DNA from: Escherichia coli
GTDB taxonomy: Bacteria > Pseudomonadota > Gammaproteobacteria > Enterobacterales > Enterobacteriaceae
Strand: one strand, 5' to 3'
DNA length: 64,000 bases
Assembly (NCBI RefSeq): GCF_046105845.1
Contig: NZ_CP151004.1
Shown here: one piece after another, positions 33,529 through 48,461 of the stretch
How positions within the stretch are numbered: the first letter of the stretch is position 1
Layout: every line of letters starts with the position of its first letter
The notes under the pieces: generated by a model
The model's database searches: none
What the model saw: only the letters and a program-made list of their open reading frames with translations
Told to the model about the DNA's origin: nothing
Made by a program: the position numbers and the translations under genes

Positions 33529-34540
33529 GGCTACGCACTCCTTTAATCAGACTGATAAAGCGTTGCGACTGGACAATCAGCACGCAAAGCACCACCACCG
33601 CTTTCACCACCTGGTTCATCTCCGGCGGAAAGCCCGAAAGCAAAATTCCGGTGTTCATCCCCTGAATAATCAGCGCCCCCACCACCGAAAGCAGTAGGTT
33701 AAAACGTCCGCCCATCAGCGAACCACCGCCAATCACCACCGCGAGAATGGCGTCCAGCTCCAGCCATAATCCGGCGTTGTTGGCATCGGCACCGCGAATA
33801 TCCGCCGCCACGATAATGCCCGCAATCGCCGCACACAGCCCGCTCAACACGTAGGTGAGCATGACGATGATTCGCGTGTTGACTCCGGCATTTTTTGCCG
33901 CCCGAATGTTGATACCAACGGCTTCGATAAACATCCCCAGCGCCGTTTTGCGGGTCAACAGCCAGAACAGGAGAAGCGTCAGCACCGCGATAATGACCGG
34001 CGTTGGCAGGAACAATAGCGATCCGCTGCCAAACCATGAGAGATCCGGCGAGTTAAACGTGACGATCTGTCCGGAGGTGATCAGTTGCGCCACGCCGCGC
34101 CCGGCGACCATCAGGATCAGGGTGGCAACAAACGGCTGAATTTTGAGGATCGCTACCAGTATGCCGTTCCACAATCCCGCCAGGATGCCAGTGCCCAGGG
34201 AGCTTAACAAAACAATCGGCAGGCTGAATCCAGCGACCGTCATCGCAGCCGTTGTGGCTCCGGCGATAGCCATCACCGCCCCCACGGAGAGATCAATCCC
34301 ACCAGTGGCGATCACCAGCGTCATACCAATCGCCAACAGCGCAACGGGGGCGGCGCGATTAAGAATGTCGATAGGGCTACCGAACAAACGCCCATCCTGA
34401 AGCACCACCTGCCAGAAATGCGGGGCTACCAGGCTGTCGACCAGCAGCACCAGCAATAGTGCTACCAGCTGCGGCATTCCTGTTGGCCAGCGAAAGCGCC
34501 TTTTCGGCGGCGTAGTGTCCGGGAGAGATTGAGGCATCAC
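33515..34540 (-). CDS. ytfT: galactofuranose ABC transporter permease YtfT
   Basis: 341-aa form from GTG 34538-34540 (MMPQSLPDTT...) with AAGGAG RBS; track start 34561 is a TTG further upstream. Confidence 0.9.
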   Translation of the reverse strand: MMPQSLPDTTPPKRRFRWPTGMPQLVALLLVLLVDSLVAPHFWQVVLQDGRLFGSPIDILNRAAPVALLAIGMTLVIATGGIDLSVGAVMAIAGATTAAMTVAGFSLPIVLLSSLGTGILAGLWNGILVAILKIQPFVATLILMVAGRGVAQLITSGQIVTFNSPDLSWFGSGSLLFLPTPVIIAVLTLLLFWLLTRKTALGMFIEAVGINIRAAKNAGVNTRIIVMLTYVLSGLCAAIAGIIVAADIRGADANNAGLWLELDAILAVVIGGGSLMGGRFNLLLSVVGALIIQGMNTGILLSGFPPEMNQVVKAVVVLCVLIVQSQRFISLIKGVRSRDKT

Positions 34541-34550
34541 ACTGTTCTCC

Positions 34551-36053
34551 TTACGCCGCAATGGCGTTCATGATCGCCGGAACGGAAAGCTCTGCCAGCG
34601 GGATCTCCGCTACCTGTTTGCGATCGCGCATGATAATCACCCGGTCGGCATAGCCCACCAGCTCTTCCAGCTCGGAGGAGATCACCAGCAGCGCCAGTCC
34701 ATCGGCGCACAGCGTTTCAATCAGGCGGATGATCTCGGCGTGGGCACCAACATCAATTCCGCGCGTTGGCTCGTCGAGGATCAGAAATTGCGGTCGGGTC
34801 AGTAGCCAACGTGAAAGCAACACTTTTTGCTGATTGCCGCCGGAGAGAAATTCAATCGGTTGTTCGGTTGAAGGTGTGCGAATGCCAAGCTGGCGGATAA
34901 AGCGTTGGGCAATCTCTTGCTGTTCTTTGCGGGAAATCGGTCGTAGCCAGCCGCGCTGGGCCTGGAGAGCGAGGATGATATTTTCCCGCACCGAGGCGGC
35001 GGCGATGATGCCATCGGTTTTCCTGTCTTCCGGGCAGAAGCCGATGCCCAGTACCGAAGCCTGATGTGGCGATCGCAGGGTTTGCGGTTTGCCTTTGATC
35101 AACGCCGTGCCGCTATCAGCTGGTTTGATACCGAAGATCACTTCGGCAGTTTCGGTACGTCCTGATCCCAGCAAGCCTGCCAGACCGACGATCTCGCCGG
35201 GGCGTACTTCGAGATCAAACGGTGCGATCGTTCCTTTTTTGCCGTAATTTTTGAACGCGGCAACGGGTTTGTCGCTCAGCAATGTTCGTCCGGCACGCTG
35301 TAGCGCGTGGGTGTCCAGCTCGCGCCCCAGCATCATTTTTACCAGTTCGATCTGCGGTAGCTCGCGGGTTTCCCGACAGCCTACGAAACTGCCGTTGCGT
35401 AAGACGGTGATCCGATCGCTGACCTGATAGACCTGATCGAGAAAGTGAGTAACGAAGATCAGGCTGACGCCGCGATCGCGCAACTGACGCATCAGGCCAA
35501 ACAGTAACTCTACTTCCTGAGTGTCGAGGCTGGCGGTGGGTTCATCGAGGATCAGCACTTTGGCGGAGAGATCGATGGCCCGGCAAATGGCGACGATTTG
35601 CTGCATCGCGACTGAAAAGCGGTTGAGCGGTTCGCGCACGTCGAGGGAGAAACCGTAAGATGCCATCAGTTCGGTGGCGCGCTTTTCCATCTCTTTACGG
35701 CGTAGAAGGCCGAAACGTTTGGGTTCGCGACCTATGAATAGATTATCAGCGACCGACATATTGGGTAGCAGGTTGACTTCCTGATAGACGGTGCCGATGC
35801 CGAGTTGTTGTGCATGGGCGGTATTTTTCGGTGAAATAGTCTGGCCTTCCAGCCAGATGGTGCCACGATCGGCGTGGTAGACACCGGTTAATGCTTTGAT
35901 TAGCGTTGATTTTCCCGCCCCGTTTTCACCGAGCAGCGCCATGATTTCACCACGGCGCAGGCTGAAATCAACGTTGTCTAACGCTTTGACACCGGGGAAA
36001 AATTTACTTAATCCTTCGGTGCGGAGGATTTCCTGGTGTTGGTTAGTATTCAT
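34551..36053 (-). CDS. ytfR: galactofuranose ABC transporter ATP-binding protein YtfR (duplicated ABC domains)
   Basis: 500-aa form from ATG 36051-36053 (MNTNQHQEILRTEGL...); two Walker A/ABC signature sets. Confidence 0.9.
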   Translation of the reverse strand: MNTNQHQEILRTEGLSKFFPGVKALDNVDFSLRRGEIMALLGENGAGKSTLIKALTGVYHADRGTIWLEGQTISPKNTAHAQQLGIGTVYQEVNLLPNMSVADNLFIGREPKRFGLLRRKEMEKRATELMASYGFSLDVREPLNRFSVAMQQIVAICRAIDLSAKVLILDEPTASLDTQEVELLFGLMRQLRDRGVSLIFVTHFLDQVYQVSDRITVLRNGSFVGCRETRELPQIELVKMMLGRELDTHALQRAGRTLLSDKPVAAFKNYGKKGTIAPFDLEVRPGEIVGLAGLLGSGRTETAEVIFGIKPADSGTALIKGKPQTLRSPHQASVLGIGFCPEDRKTDGIIAAASVRENIILALQAQRGWLRPISRKEQQEIAQRFIRQLGIRTPSTEQPIEFLSGGNQQKVLLSRWLLTRPQFLILDEPTRGIDVGAHAEIIRLIETLCADGLALLVISSELEELVGYADRVIIMRDRKQVAEIPLAELSVPAIMNAIAA

Positions 36054-36074
36054 AGTTTCCCCCGTTGTAAAGCG

Positions 36075-36180
36075 TGCGCCAGATAAGACACAACAGCGTC
36101 GCATCAGGCATCTCGCACAACCGCCGGATGCGGCGTGAATGCCTTATCCGGCGGCCCACAAGTCGGCATCAGGCATTGAT
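36075..36180. repeat. REP/BIME cluster between ytfR and ytfQ
   Basis: gccggatgcggcgtgaatgccttatccggc and flanking gcatcaggc motifs. Confidence 0.55.
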
Positions 36181-36185
36181 GCCCC

Positions 36186-37142
36186 TCAATACCCCATGTT
36201 TTTCTTCTTCTCTAACTCTTCTTTTGCGGTATCAGGCAGGTAAAGGGTGGACTTGGTCAGGGTCAGCTTTTCAGGCATGGTGCCGTCTTTTTTATATTTC
36301 TCCAGCGCATCAAAAGCGGGGCCTGCCATGTTCGGCGTCAGTTCAACGCTGGCGTTCGCTTCGCCATCAATCATCGCTTTGTAGATGTCCGGCACGCCGT
36401 CGATAGAGCCTGTCAGGATATCTTTGCCCGGTTTCAGGCCCGCTTCTTTAATTGCCTGAATTGCACCAATCACCATGTCATCGTTATGGGCGTAAACCAT
36501 GCAGATGTTTTTGCCGTTGTTTTCCGCTTTGATAAAGCTCTCCATGACTTCTTTGCCTTTACTGCGGGTGAAGTCACCTGACTGCGAGCGGATAATTTTG
36601 ATATTTGGCGCATTCTTTATGGCTTCGGCAAAGCCTTTCTTACGGTCAATGGCGACGCTGGCCCCAACAGTGCCCTGCAGCTCCACCACGTTGCATGGTT
36701 TGCCATTCACTTCTTTTACCAGCCAGTCACCAATCAACTTGCCTTCGAGGATGTTGTCGGCAGTGACGGTGGTCATATAGAGAGACTTGTCTTTCACATC
36801 GATGGAACGATCGAGCAAGAAGACCGGGATTTCGGCATCTTTCGCCTCTTTTAATACCGGCTCCCAACCGGTCGCTACCACTGGAGCGATAAAGATCGCA
36901 TCCACCCCTTGTGCAACGAAGGAACGTACCGCTTTAATCTGGTTTTCCTGCTTTTGTTGACCATCGGCGATTTTCAGTGTGATACCGCGTTTTTCGGCTT
37001 CACTTTTCGCCACGTTGGTTTCAGCGGCACGCCAGCCGGATTCCGATCCGACCTGCGAAAATCCAACGGTTAATGGAGCGGCCAACGCCATAGACGACAT
37101 GGCTGCCGAGACTGCAGAGACTACAAGTAAGCGTTTCCACAT
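36186..37142 (-). CDS. ytfQ: periplasmic galactofuranose-binding protein YtfQ
   Basis: 318-aa ORF with signal peptide MWKRLLVVSAVSAAMSSMALA, sugar-binding protein fold family. Confidence 0.92.
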   Translation of the reverse strand: MWKRLLVVSAVSAAMSSMALAAPLTVGFSQVGSESGWRAAETNVAKSEAEKRGITLKIADGQQKQENQIKAVRSFVAQGVDAIFIAPVVATGWEPVLKEAKDAEIPVFLLDRSIDVKDKSLYMTTVTADNILEGKLIGDWLVKEVNGKPCNVVELQGTVGASVAIDRKKGFAEAIKNAPNIKIIRSQSGDFTRSKGKEVMESFIKAENNGKNICMVYAHNDDMVIGAIQAIKEAGLKPGKDILTGSIDGVPDIYKAMIDGEANASVELTPNMAGPAFDALEKYKKDGTMPEKLTLTKSTLYLPDTAKEELEKKKNMGY

Positions 37143-37212
37143 AGGGTTGTCCTCGTCGGGGTAATTATTATTGGTGAAAAGATGTTCGCGAAAAAACTAT
37201 AGACAATTCGTT

Positions 37213-37233
37213 ATGTAACGGATTGCGTTACAT
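37213..37233. promoter_or_regulatory. perfect palindrome ATGTAACG-N5-CGTTACAT upstream of the ytfQRT-yjfF operon (candidate operator)
   Basis: 8-bp perfect inverted arms with 5-bp spacer, about 70 bp upstream of ytfQ start, in the ytfQ/ppa divergent region. Confidence 0.4.
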
Positions 37234-37451
37234 CACACTTCAAAAAAGTAAATAAAACGTTAATCACAAGTTTGTAATCGCTTTCATCTCACTATGAAAA
37301 ATGCGGCTACGGTTATGGATTTTCCTGCTCTTTAAACCACCTTAAAACTGGCTAAAAAGGAAAATGAAGAAGAAAACAAGCGAAGACATTCGGCGCGAGT
37401 TGGCTATAATACTCGGCACTTGTTTGCCACATATTTTTAAAGGAAACAGAC

Positions 37452-37982
37452 ATGAGCTTACTCAACGTCCCTGCGGGTAAAGATCTGCCGGAAGACATCT
37501 ACGTTGTTATTGAGATCCCGGCTAACGCAGATCCGATCAAATACGAAATCGACAAAGAGAGCGGCGCACTGTTCGTTGACCGCTTCATGTCCACCGCGAT
37601 GTTCTATCCGTGCAACTACGGTTACATCAACCACACCCTGTCTCTGGACGGTGACCCGGTTGACGTACTGGTCCCGACTCCGTACCCGCTGCAGCCGGGT
37701 TCTGTGATCCGTTGCCGTCCGGTTGGCGTTCTGAAAATGACCGACGAAGCCGGTGAAGATGCGAAACTGGTTGCGGTTCCGCACAGCAAGCTGAGCAAAG
37801 AATACGATCACATTAAAGACGTTAACGATCTGCCTGAACTGCTGAAAGCACAGATCGCTCACTTCTTCGAGCACTACAAAGACCTCGAAAAAGGCAAGTG
37901 GGTGAAAGTTGAAGGCTGGGAAAACGCAGAAGCCGCTAAAGCTGAAATCGTTGCCTCCTTCGAGCGCGCAAAGAATAAATAA
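37452..37982 (+). CDS. ppa: inorganic pyrophosphatase Ppa
   Basis: 176-aa [41 protein letters not shown]... Confidence 0.97.
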   Translation: MSLLNVPAGKDLPEDIYVVIEIPANADPIKYEIDKESGALFVDRFMSTAMFYPCNYGYINHTLSLDGDPVDVLVPTPYPLQPGSVIRCRPVGVLKMTDEAGEDAKLVAVPHSKLSKEYDHIKDVNDLPELLKAQIAHFFEHYKDLEKGKWVKVEGWENAEAAKAEIVASFERAKNK

Positions 37983-38000
37983 GTTCTTCTAGCGCAATAA

Positions 38001-38036
38001 CCCTGAACGCCGGGCTTCGGTTAGTAAGGGTTTTTT
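38001..38036 (+). terminator. probable ppa terminator
   Basis: Imperfect GC-rich stem followed by T6 (ccctgaacgccgggcttcggttagtaagggtttttt). Confidence 0.5.
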
Positions 38037-38060
38037 ATGCCCGCGATAAATAAACACGCC

Positions 38061-38411
38061 TTATTCCACCACCGCCTGCAAACGTAATAACGCCTCTTCC
38101 ACCACTTCACCCGCAGCCAGACCAATACGCTTTGCCAGCCGGGCGCGTAGATCCATCATCCGCACCTGATTCACCAGCACCACGCCGTGCACATCGCCTT
38201 CTTCGCAATGTAAAGGAACGCTGAATCCTGCATAACGGGCAAAATTTCCGCCCTGCGTAATGGGGGCCACCAGCGTCATTCCCAGTTGATTAAAGGCTTG
38301 AACGGAGAGCACAAGCGCAGGTCGACCAGCACCTTGCTGTTCATGGCCGCTTGCTGGATCAAAGCCAACCAGCACAATGTCTCCCCGTTCAAATTCACTT
38401 TTCTTTACCAT
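38061..38411 (-). CDS. chpB: MazF-like endoribonuclease toxin ChpB
   Basis: 116-aa PemK/MazF-family ORF (MVKKSEFERGDIVLVGFDPASGHEQQGAGRPALVLS...). Confidence 0.9.
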   Translation of the reverse strand: MVKKSEFERGDIVLVGFDPASGHEQQGAGRPALVLSVQAFNQLGMTLVAPITQGGNFARYAGFSVPLHCEEGDVHGVVLVNQVRMMDLRARLAKRIGLAAGEVVEEALLRLQAVVE

Positions 38412-38656
38412 ATTTCGTCACCCGCAGGGGTGGATTTACCCCAGACATCCTGCTCGCTAAGTTCCGTGGCGTTCATGTCACACTGTGCCAGCAGTTCATC
38501 AAGCGAGTAGCGCCTGGAGATGGGTGTCAGAATCAGTTGATTGTTGCTCACTTGCGCCTCCACGCTCTGCCCCGGCCGTAAGTTAAGTTCTTTCATCACA
38601 ACATTAGGAATGACCATACCTGAACTATTCCCCCATCTTTTTATGGTAATACGCAT
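38405..38656 (-). CDS. chpS: antitoxin ChpS (AbrB/MazE-like)
   Basis: 83-aa ORF MRITIKRWGNSSGMVIPN... from ATG 38654-38656 with AAGGAGG RBS; stop overlaps chpB start. Confidence 0.9.
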   Translation of the reverse strand: MRITIKRWGNSSGMVIPNVVMKELNLRPGQSVEAQVSNNQLILTPISRRYSLDELLAQCDMNATELSEQDVWGKSTPAGDEIW

Positions 38657-38670
38657 CTGCACCTCCTTAA

Positions 38671-38687
38671 GTTATACAAAGTATAAC
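38671..38687. promoter_or_regulatory. palindromic candidate operator of the chpSB promoter
   Basis: GTTATACaaaGTATAAC perfect 7-bp inverted repeat 15 bp upstream of chpS. Confidence 0.5.
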
Positions 38688-38828
38688 TCACGGTGCTACA
38701 GGAAACGTTTTACCCCTGCGCATTTGTGAACGCCAGCAGAGTTTTTTATGCGTTAACAGATATGGAAAGCGGCTCGGAGAGAAAAGCAAAAGGTGAGGGA
38801 ATTACAAAACAGAATGCGAGTCGTCTCG

Positions 38829-38856
38829 CAAAAAACAACGCCACCCGAAGGTGGCG
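38829..38856 (-). terminator. rho-independent terminator of the tamA-tamB-ytfP operon
   Basis: Minus strand: cgccaccttcgggtggcg hairpin followed by TTGTTTTTTG, 6 bp past the ytfP stop. Confidence 0.7.
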
Positions 38857-38861
38857 TATGG

Positions 38862-39203
38862 TTACTTATCCCTGTCTAACCAGTCGCCGCTTTCAATTAG
38901 CTTTAATCCATCGACGGGTCGTTGATAAACGTACATCCATGCACTCCCGTACGGCGTCTGAATCAACTGGCGCGCGTATTCACCGCCCCTGGTGCGCAAG
39001 GCATCAAGTTCGGCCAGCGTGGCGTTGTCAATACGATAAACTTCACCGTGTACTGTTCCGTTCCCCGGAACTGCGCCTGGATAGTGGCCCAGGCTATACA
39101 ACTGGTAGTTATCGATACTGAAATCGCCCAGTAACTGGGCATTGGTCATCCAGTGACTGTTGCCTTGTTTGTGGCGTAAACTGCCGTAGACAAATATTCG
39201 CAT
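38862..39203 (-). CDS. ytfP: gamma-glutamylcyclotransferase-family protein YtfP
   Basis: 113-aa ORF MRIFVYGSLRHKQGNSHW... (GGCT/AIG2-like YGSL motif). Confidence 0.9.
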   Translation of the reverse strand: MRIFVYGSLRHKQGNSHWMTNAQLLGDFSIDNYQLYSLGHYPGAVPGNGTVHGEVYRIDNATLAELDALRTRGGEYARQLIQTPYGSAWMYVYQRPVDGLKLIESGDWLDRDK

Positions 39204-39205
39204 TG

Positions 39206-44757
<5,552 letters not shown>

Positions 44758-44920
44758 TTAAACGGCTTAACAAAAATCCAGTAATATGGATTAAAAAGCA
44801 GACTAAACCCCAAATATTTCTTATGTTTTACTTTAGACCTATTCACAGCGGTTATTGTGTGCAAATACGCCTCTTGTTACAACCTTAACCCCAATGACCG
44901 ATTTTCGGGAGAGCGACACC

Positions 44921-45559
44921 ATGAGTTTATTTGATAAAAAGCATCTGGTTTCCCCCGCCGATGCCCTGCCTGGACGTAACACCCCGATGCCCGTAGCCAC
45001 GCTGCATGCGGTCAACGGTCACTCAATGACCAATGTACCTGACGGAATGGAGATTGCCATTTTTGCGATGGGTTGTTTCTGGGGTGTGGAGCGTCTGTTC
45101 TGGCAGTTACCCGGCGTTTACAGCACCGCCGCAGGCTATACCGGCGGCTATACGCCAAATCCGACTTATCGGGAAGTGTGTTCCGGTGATACTGGTCATG
45201 CCGAAGCGGTACGCATTGTTTACGATCCTTCCGTCATCAGCTATGAGCAGTTGCTACAGGTATTTTGGGAGAATCACGATCCCGCCCAGGGAATGCGTCA
45301 GGGCAATGACCACGGCACGCAGTATCGTTCAGCGATTTATCCACTGACCCCAGAACAGGATGCTGCTGCTCGCGCCAGTCTGGAACGTTTTCAGGCGGCG
45401 ATGCTTGCCGCCGATGACGATCGTCACATCACCACGGAAATCGCGAACGCCACACCGTTTTATTATGCCGAAGATGACCACCAGCAATATCTGCATAAAA
45501 ACCCGTATGGTTACTGTGGAATTGGCGGAATTGGCGTCTGTCTGCCGCCGGAAGCATAG
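44921..45559 (+). CDS. msrA: peptide methionine sulfoxide reductase MsrA
   Basis: 212-aa form from ATG 44921 ([12 protein letters not shown]...) with GCFWG active-site motif; track ORF begins upstream. Confidence 0.95.
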
Positions 45560-45599
45560 CGTTACGGGTACAAATGTAGATTGTTGATAAAGTGCTATT

Positions 45600-45710
45600 T
45601 GTCTATGCCGGATGCGGCATAAACGCCTTGCCAGGCCTACAAAACCCTCCAAATTCAATATATTGCAGGGACTTCGTAGGCCTGATCGGCATAGCGCATC
45701 AGGCAGTTTT
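45600..45710. repeat. REP/BIME cluster downstream of msrA
   Basis: tgccggatgcggcataaacgccttgccaggcctac and gtaggcctgatcggcatagcgcatcaggca in inverted orientation. Confidence 0.6.
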
Positions 45711-45881
45711 TCATTTATCAACAGTCTGAATTTTAACCCTCTGGCGGCTTTACAGTACCTTACGCTATACTAGCCACTGAAAATGCCGGTTCACTTTCTT
45801 CGAATCGGCTTTCAATGTGTATTTCACACAAATTAATCAACTTCCCCTTCCGAGGATCTGGCCTGAAAGGTCGGATAAGAT

Positions 45882-47225
45882 ATGTTAAACAGTATTTTAG
45901 TCATACTCTGTTTGATCGCTGTAAGTGCGTTCTTCTCGATGTCCGAGATCTCGCTTGCCGCCTCACGCAAAATCAAACTTAAACTGCTGGCTGATGAAGG
46001 CAATATAAATGCCCAACGCGTTCTGAATATGCAGGAAAATCCCGGCATGTTCTTTACCGTGGTCCAAATCGGTCTGAACGCAGTGGCGATTCTCGGCGGT
46101 ATCGTCGGTGATGCGGCATTTTCTCCAGCTTTTCACAGCCTGTTCTCCCGCTATATGTCGGCAGAACTCTCTGAGCAACTGAGCTTTATTCTCTCTTTCT
46201 CGTTAGTGACTGGCATGTTTATCCTGTTTGCGGATTTAACCCCGAAACGCATCGGTATGATTGCGCCAGAAGCGGTGGCTTTGCGTATCATCAACCCGAT
46301 GCGCTTCTGCCTGTACGTTTGCACCCCGCTGGTGTGGTTCTTCAACGGACTGGCGAACATAATCTTCCGTATTTTCAAACTGCCAATGGTACGTAAAGAT
46401 GACATCACTTCTGATGACATCTACGCGGTAGTGGAAGCCGGTGCGCTGGCGGGCGTGTTACGTAAACAGGAACACGAGCTGATTGAAAACGTCTTTGAAC
46501 TAGAATCCCGTACCGTTCCGTCTTCAATGACACCGCGTGAAAACGTGATTTGGTTTGATCTCCACGAAGATGAGCAAAGTCTGAAGAATAAGGTGGCGGA
46601 ACATCCGCACTCTAAGTTCCTCGTCTGTAATGAAGATATTGACCACATCATCGGCTATGTCGATTCTAAAGACCTGCTGAACCGCGTGCTGGCTAACCAA
46701 AGCCTGGCACTGAACAGCGGCGTACAAATTCGCAACACGCTGATTGTGCCGGATACGTTAACCCTTTCAGAGGCGTTGGAAAGTTTTAAAACCGCAGGTG
46801 AAGACTTCGCGGTGATCATGAACGAGTACGCGCTGGTAGTGGGGATCATCACCCTCAACGACGTGATGACCACGCTGATGGGCGATCTGGTCGGTCAGGG
46901 GCTGGAAGAGCAGATTGTCGCCCGTGATGAGAACTCATGGCTGATTGACGGCGGCACTCCGATTGACGACGTCATGCGCGTGCTGGATATTGACGAGTTC
47001 CCGCAGTCGGGCAACTACGAAACCATCGGCGGCTTTATGATGTTTATGCTGCGTAAGATCCCGAAACGCACCGATTCGGTGAAATTCGCCGGCTACAAAT
47101 TTGAAGTGGTGGATATCGATAACTACCGCATCGACCAGCTGCTGGTGACCCGAATCGACAGCAAGGCCACCGCCCTTTCGCCAAAACTGCCTGACGCTAA
47201 AGATAAAGAAGAAAGCGTCGCGTAA
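45882..47225 (+). CDS. ytfL: UPF0053 inner membrane protein YtfL (DUF21-CBS-CorC/HlyC family)
   Basis: 447-aa ORF with N-terminal TM domain, CBS pair and CorC_HlyC C-terminus. Confidence 0.92.
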   Translation: MLNSILVILCLIAVSAFFSMSEISLAASRKIKLKLLADEGNINAQRVLNMQENPGMFFTVVQIGLNAVAILGGIVGDAAFSPAFHSLFSRYMSAELSEQLSFILSFSLVTGMFILFADLTPKRIGMIAPEAVALRIINPMRFCLYVCTPLVWFFNGLANIIFRIFKLPMVRKDDITSDDIYAVVEAGALAGVLRKQEHELIENVFELESRTVPSSMTPRENVIWFDLHEDEQSLKNKVAEHPHSKFLVCNEDIDHIIGYVDSKDLLNRVLANQSLALNSGVQIRNTLIVPDTLTLSEALESFKTAGEDFAVIMNEYALVVGIITLNDVMTTLMGDLVGQGLEEQIVARDENSWLIDGGTPIDDVMRVLDIDEFPQSGNYETIGGFMMFMLRKIPKRTDSVKFAGYKFEVVDIDNYRIDQLLVTRIDSKATALSPKLPDAKDKEESVA

Positions 47226-47240
47226 CCCCCAGAAACATCA

Positions 47241-47263
47241 ACGGCTCCTGAATCAGGAGCCGT
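47241..47263. terminator. hairpin between convergent ytfL and ytfK (putative terminator)
   Basis: acggctcctgaatcaggagccgt inverted repeat; weak T-tract. Confidence 0.55.
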
Positions 47264-47286
47264 CTTATTACTGCATAGCACTTTGG

Positions 47287-47493
47287 TTAAGCCATCTCTG
47301 TTTGCAGACGCATAACCTGACGGTTAACTTCGGACATCACTGACAAATGCAGCTTATCCTTCACTTTTGGGATAAGAATCTTACCCTTATCAAATTCAAA
47401 AGCGCCAACGTCCTTGATGTATAACCGTCCACGGAACAGGATCTTTACGTACTTCGCCACCTGAAGTGGGTTGTACCGTTGGAAAATTTTCAT
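47287..47493 (-). CDS. ytfK: small protein YtfK (DUF1107)
   Basis: 68-aa form from ATG 47491-47493 ([20 protein letters not shown]...) with AGGAG RBS; track ORF extends upstream. Confidence 0.85.
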
Positions 47494-47817
47494 TGTTATC
47501 TCCTGCTGAGTATTACGCCTGTGCGGTGCCACAATCGGCCCAACTATTATGAGGCGCAAATTTTAATGCCTAGTGACTATAGACTATCCGGGCAATGTTT
47601 CCACCGCGTATAACTTTTTTTACCTAAAGGTTACAATTATTCAGAATTATCTTTTTACCGAAGCGCGGTCTTCAGTATAAGCATTCATTTTTCATATGAT
47701 TTGTGCGCTTGACCGCAAACTGGCATCACACTTGCGGGAAATTCGATAAATAGCACATATGATTAAAACTCAGACCCAAGTGGTCGGATCACCTGCATAT
47801 CATAAGAAGGAAACACC

Positions 47818-48372
47818 ATGACCCTACGCAAGATTCTGGCACTCACCTGCCTGCTGTTGCCGATGATGGCTTCCGCACATCAGTTCGAAACCGGTCAGCG
47901 AGTGCCGCCGATTGGCATTACCGATCGTGGCGAGTTGGTGCTTGATAAAGATCAGTTTAGCTACAAAACCTGGAACAGCGCGCAGTTAGTGGGAAAAGTG
48001 CGAGTACTGCAACATATTGCTGGTCGCACCTCTGCAAAAGAGAAAAACGCGACGCTGATTGAAGCGATTAAATCAGCAAAGTTACCGCACGATCGTTACC
48101 AGACCACCACCATTGTTAACACCGACGACGCGATTCCGGGTTCCGGCATGTTTGTGCGCAGCAGTCTGGAGAGTAATAAAAAGCTTTATCCCTGGTCGCA
48201 GTTTATTGTCGATAGCAATGGCGTCGCGCGCGGTGCCTGGCAGCTGGATGAAGAAAGTTCCGCTGTAGTGGTGCTGGATAAAGACGGTCGCGTGCAATGG
48301 GCCAAAGACGGGGCGCTCACACCGGAAGAGGTACAGCAAGTGATGGGCCTGCTGCAAAAGTTGCTCAAATAA
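47818..48372 (+). CDS. ytfJ: periplasmic protein YtfJ (DUF1434)
   Basis: 184-aa ORF with signal peptide MTLRKILALTCLLLPMMASA; AAGAAGGA RBS. Confidence 0.9.
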   Translation: MTLRKILALTCLLLPMMASAHQFETGQRVPPIGITDRGELVLDKDQFSYKTWNSAQLVGKVRVLQHIAGRTSAKEKNATLIEAIKSAKLPHDRYQTTTIVNTDDAIPGSGMFVRSSLESNKKLYPWSQFIVDSNGVARGAWQLDEESSAVVVLDKDGRVQWAKDGALTPEEVQQVMGLLQKLLK

Positions 48373-48461
48373 TGGCAATAACATAAATTCTGCAAAAATA
48401 ATTTTCCCCTATCGTTATCTATGGGATAGGGGAATTAAGCCTCTGAGTTCTTACGCCGAAC

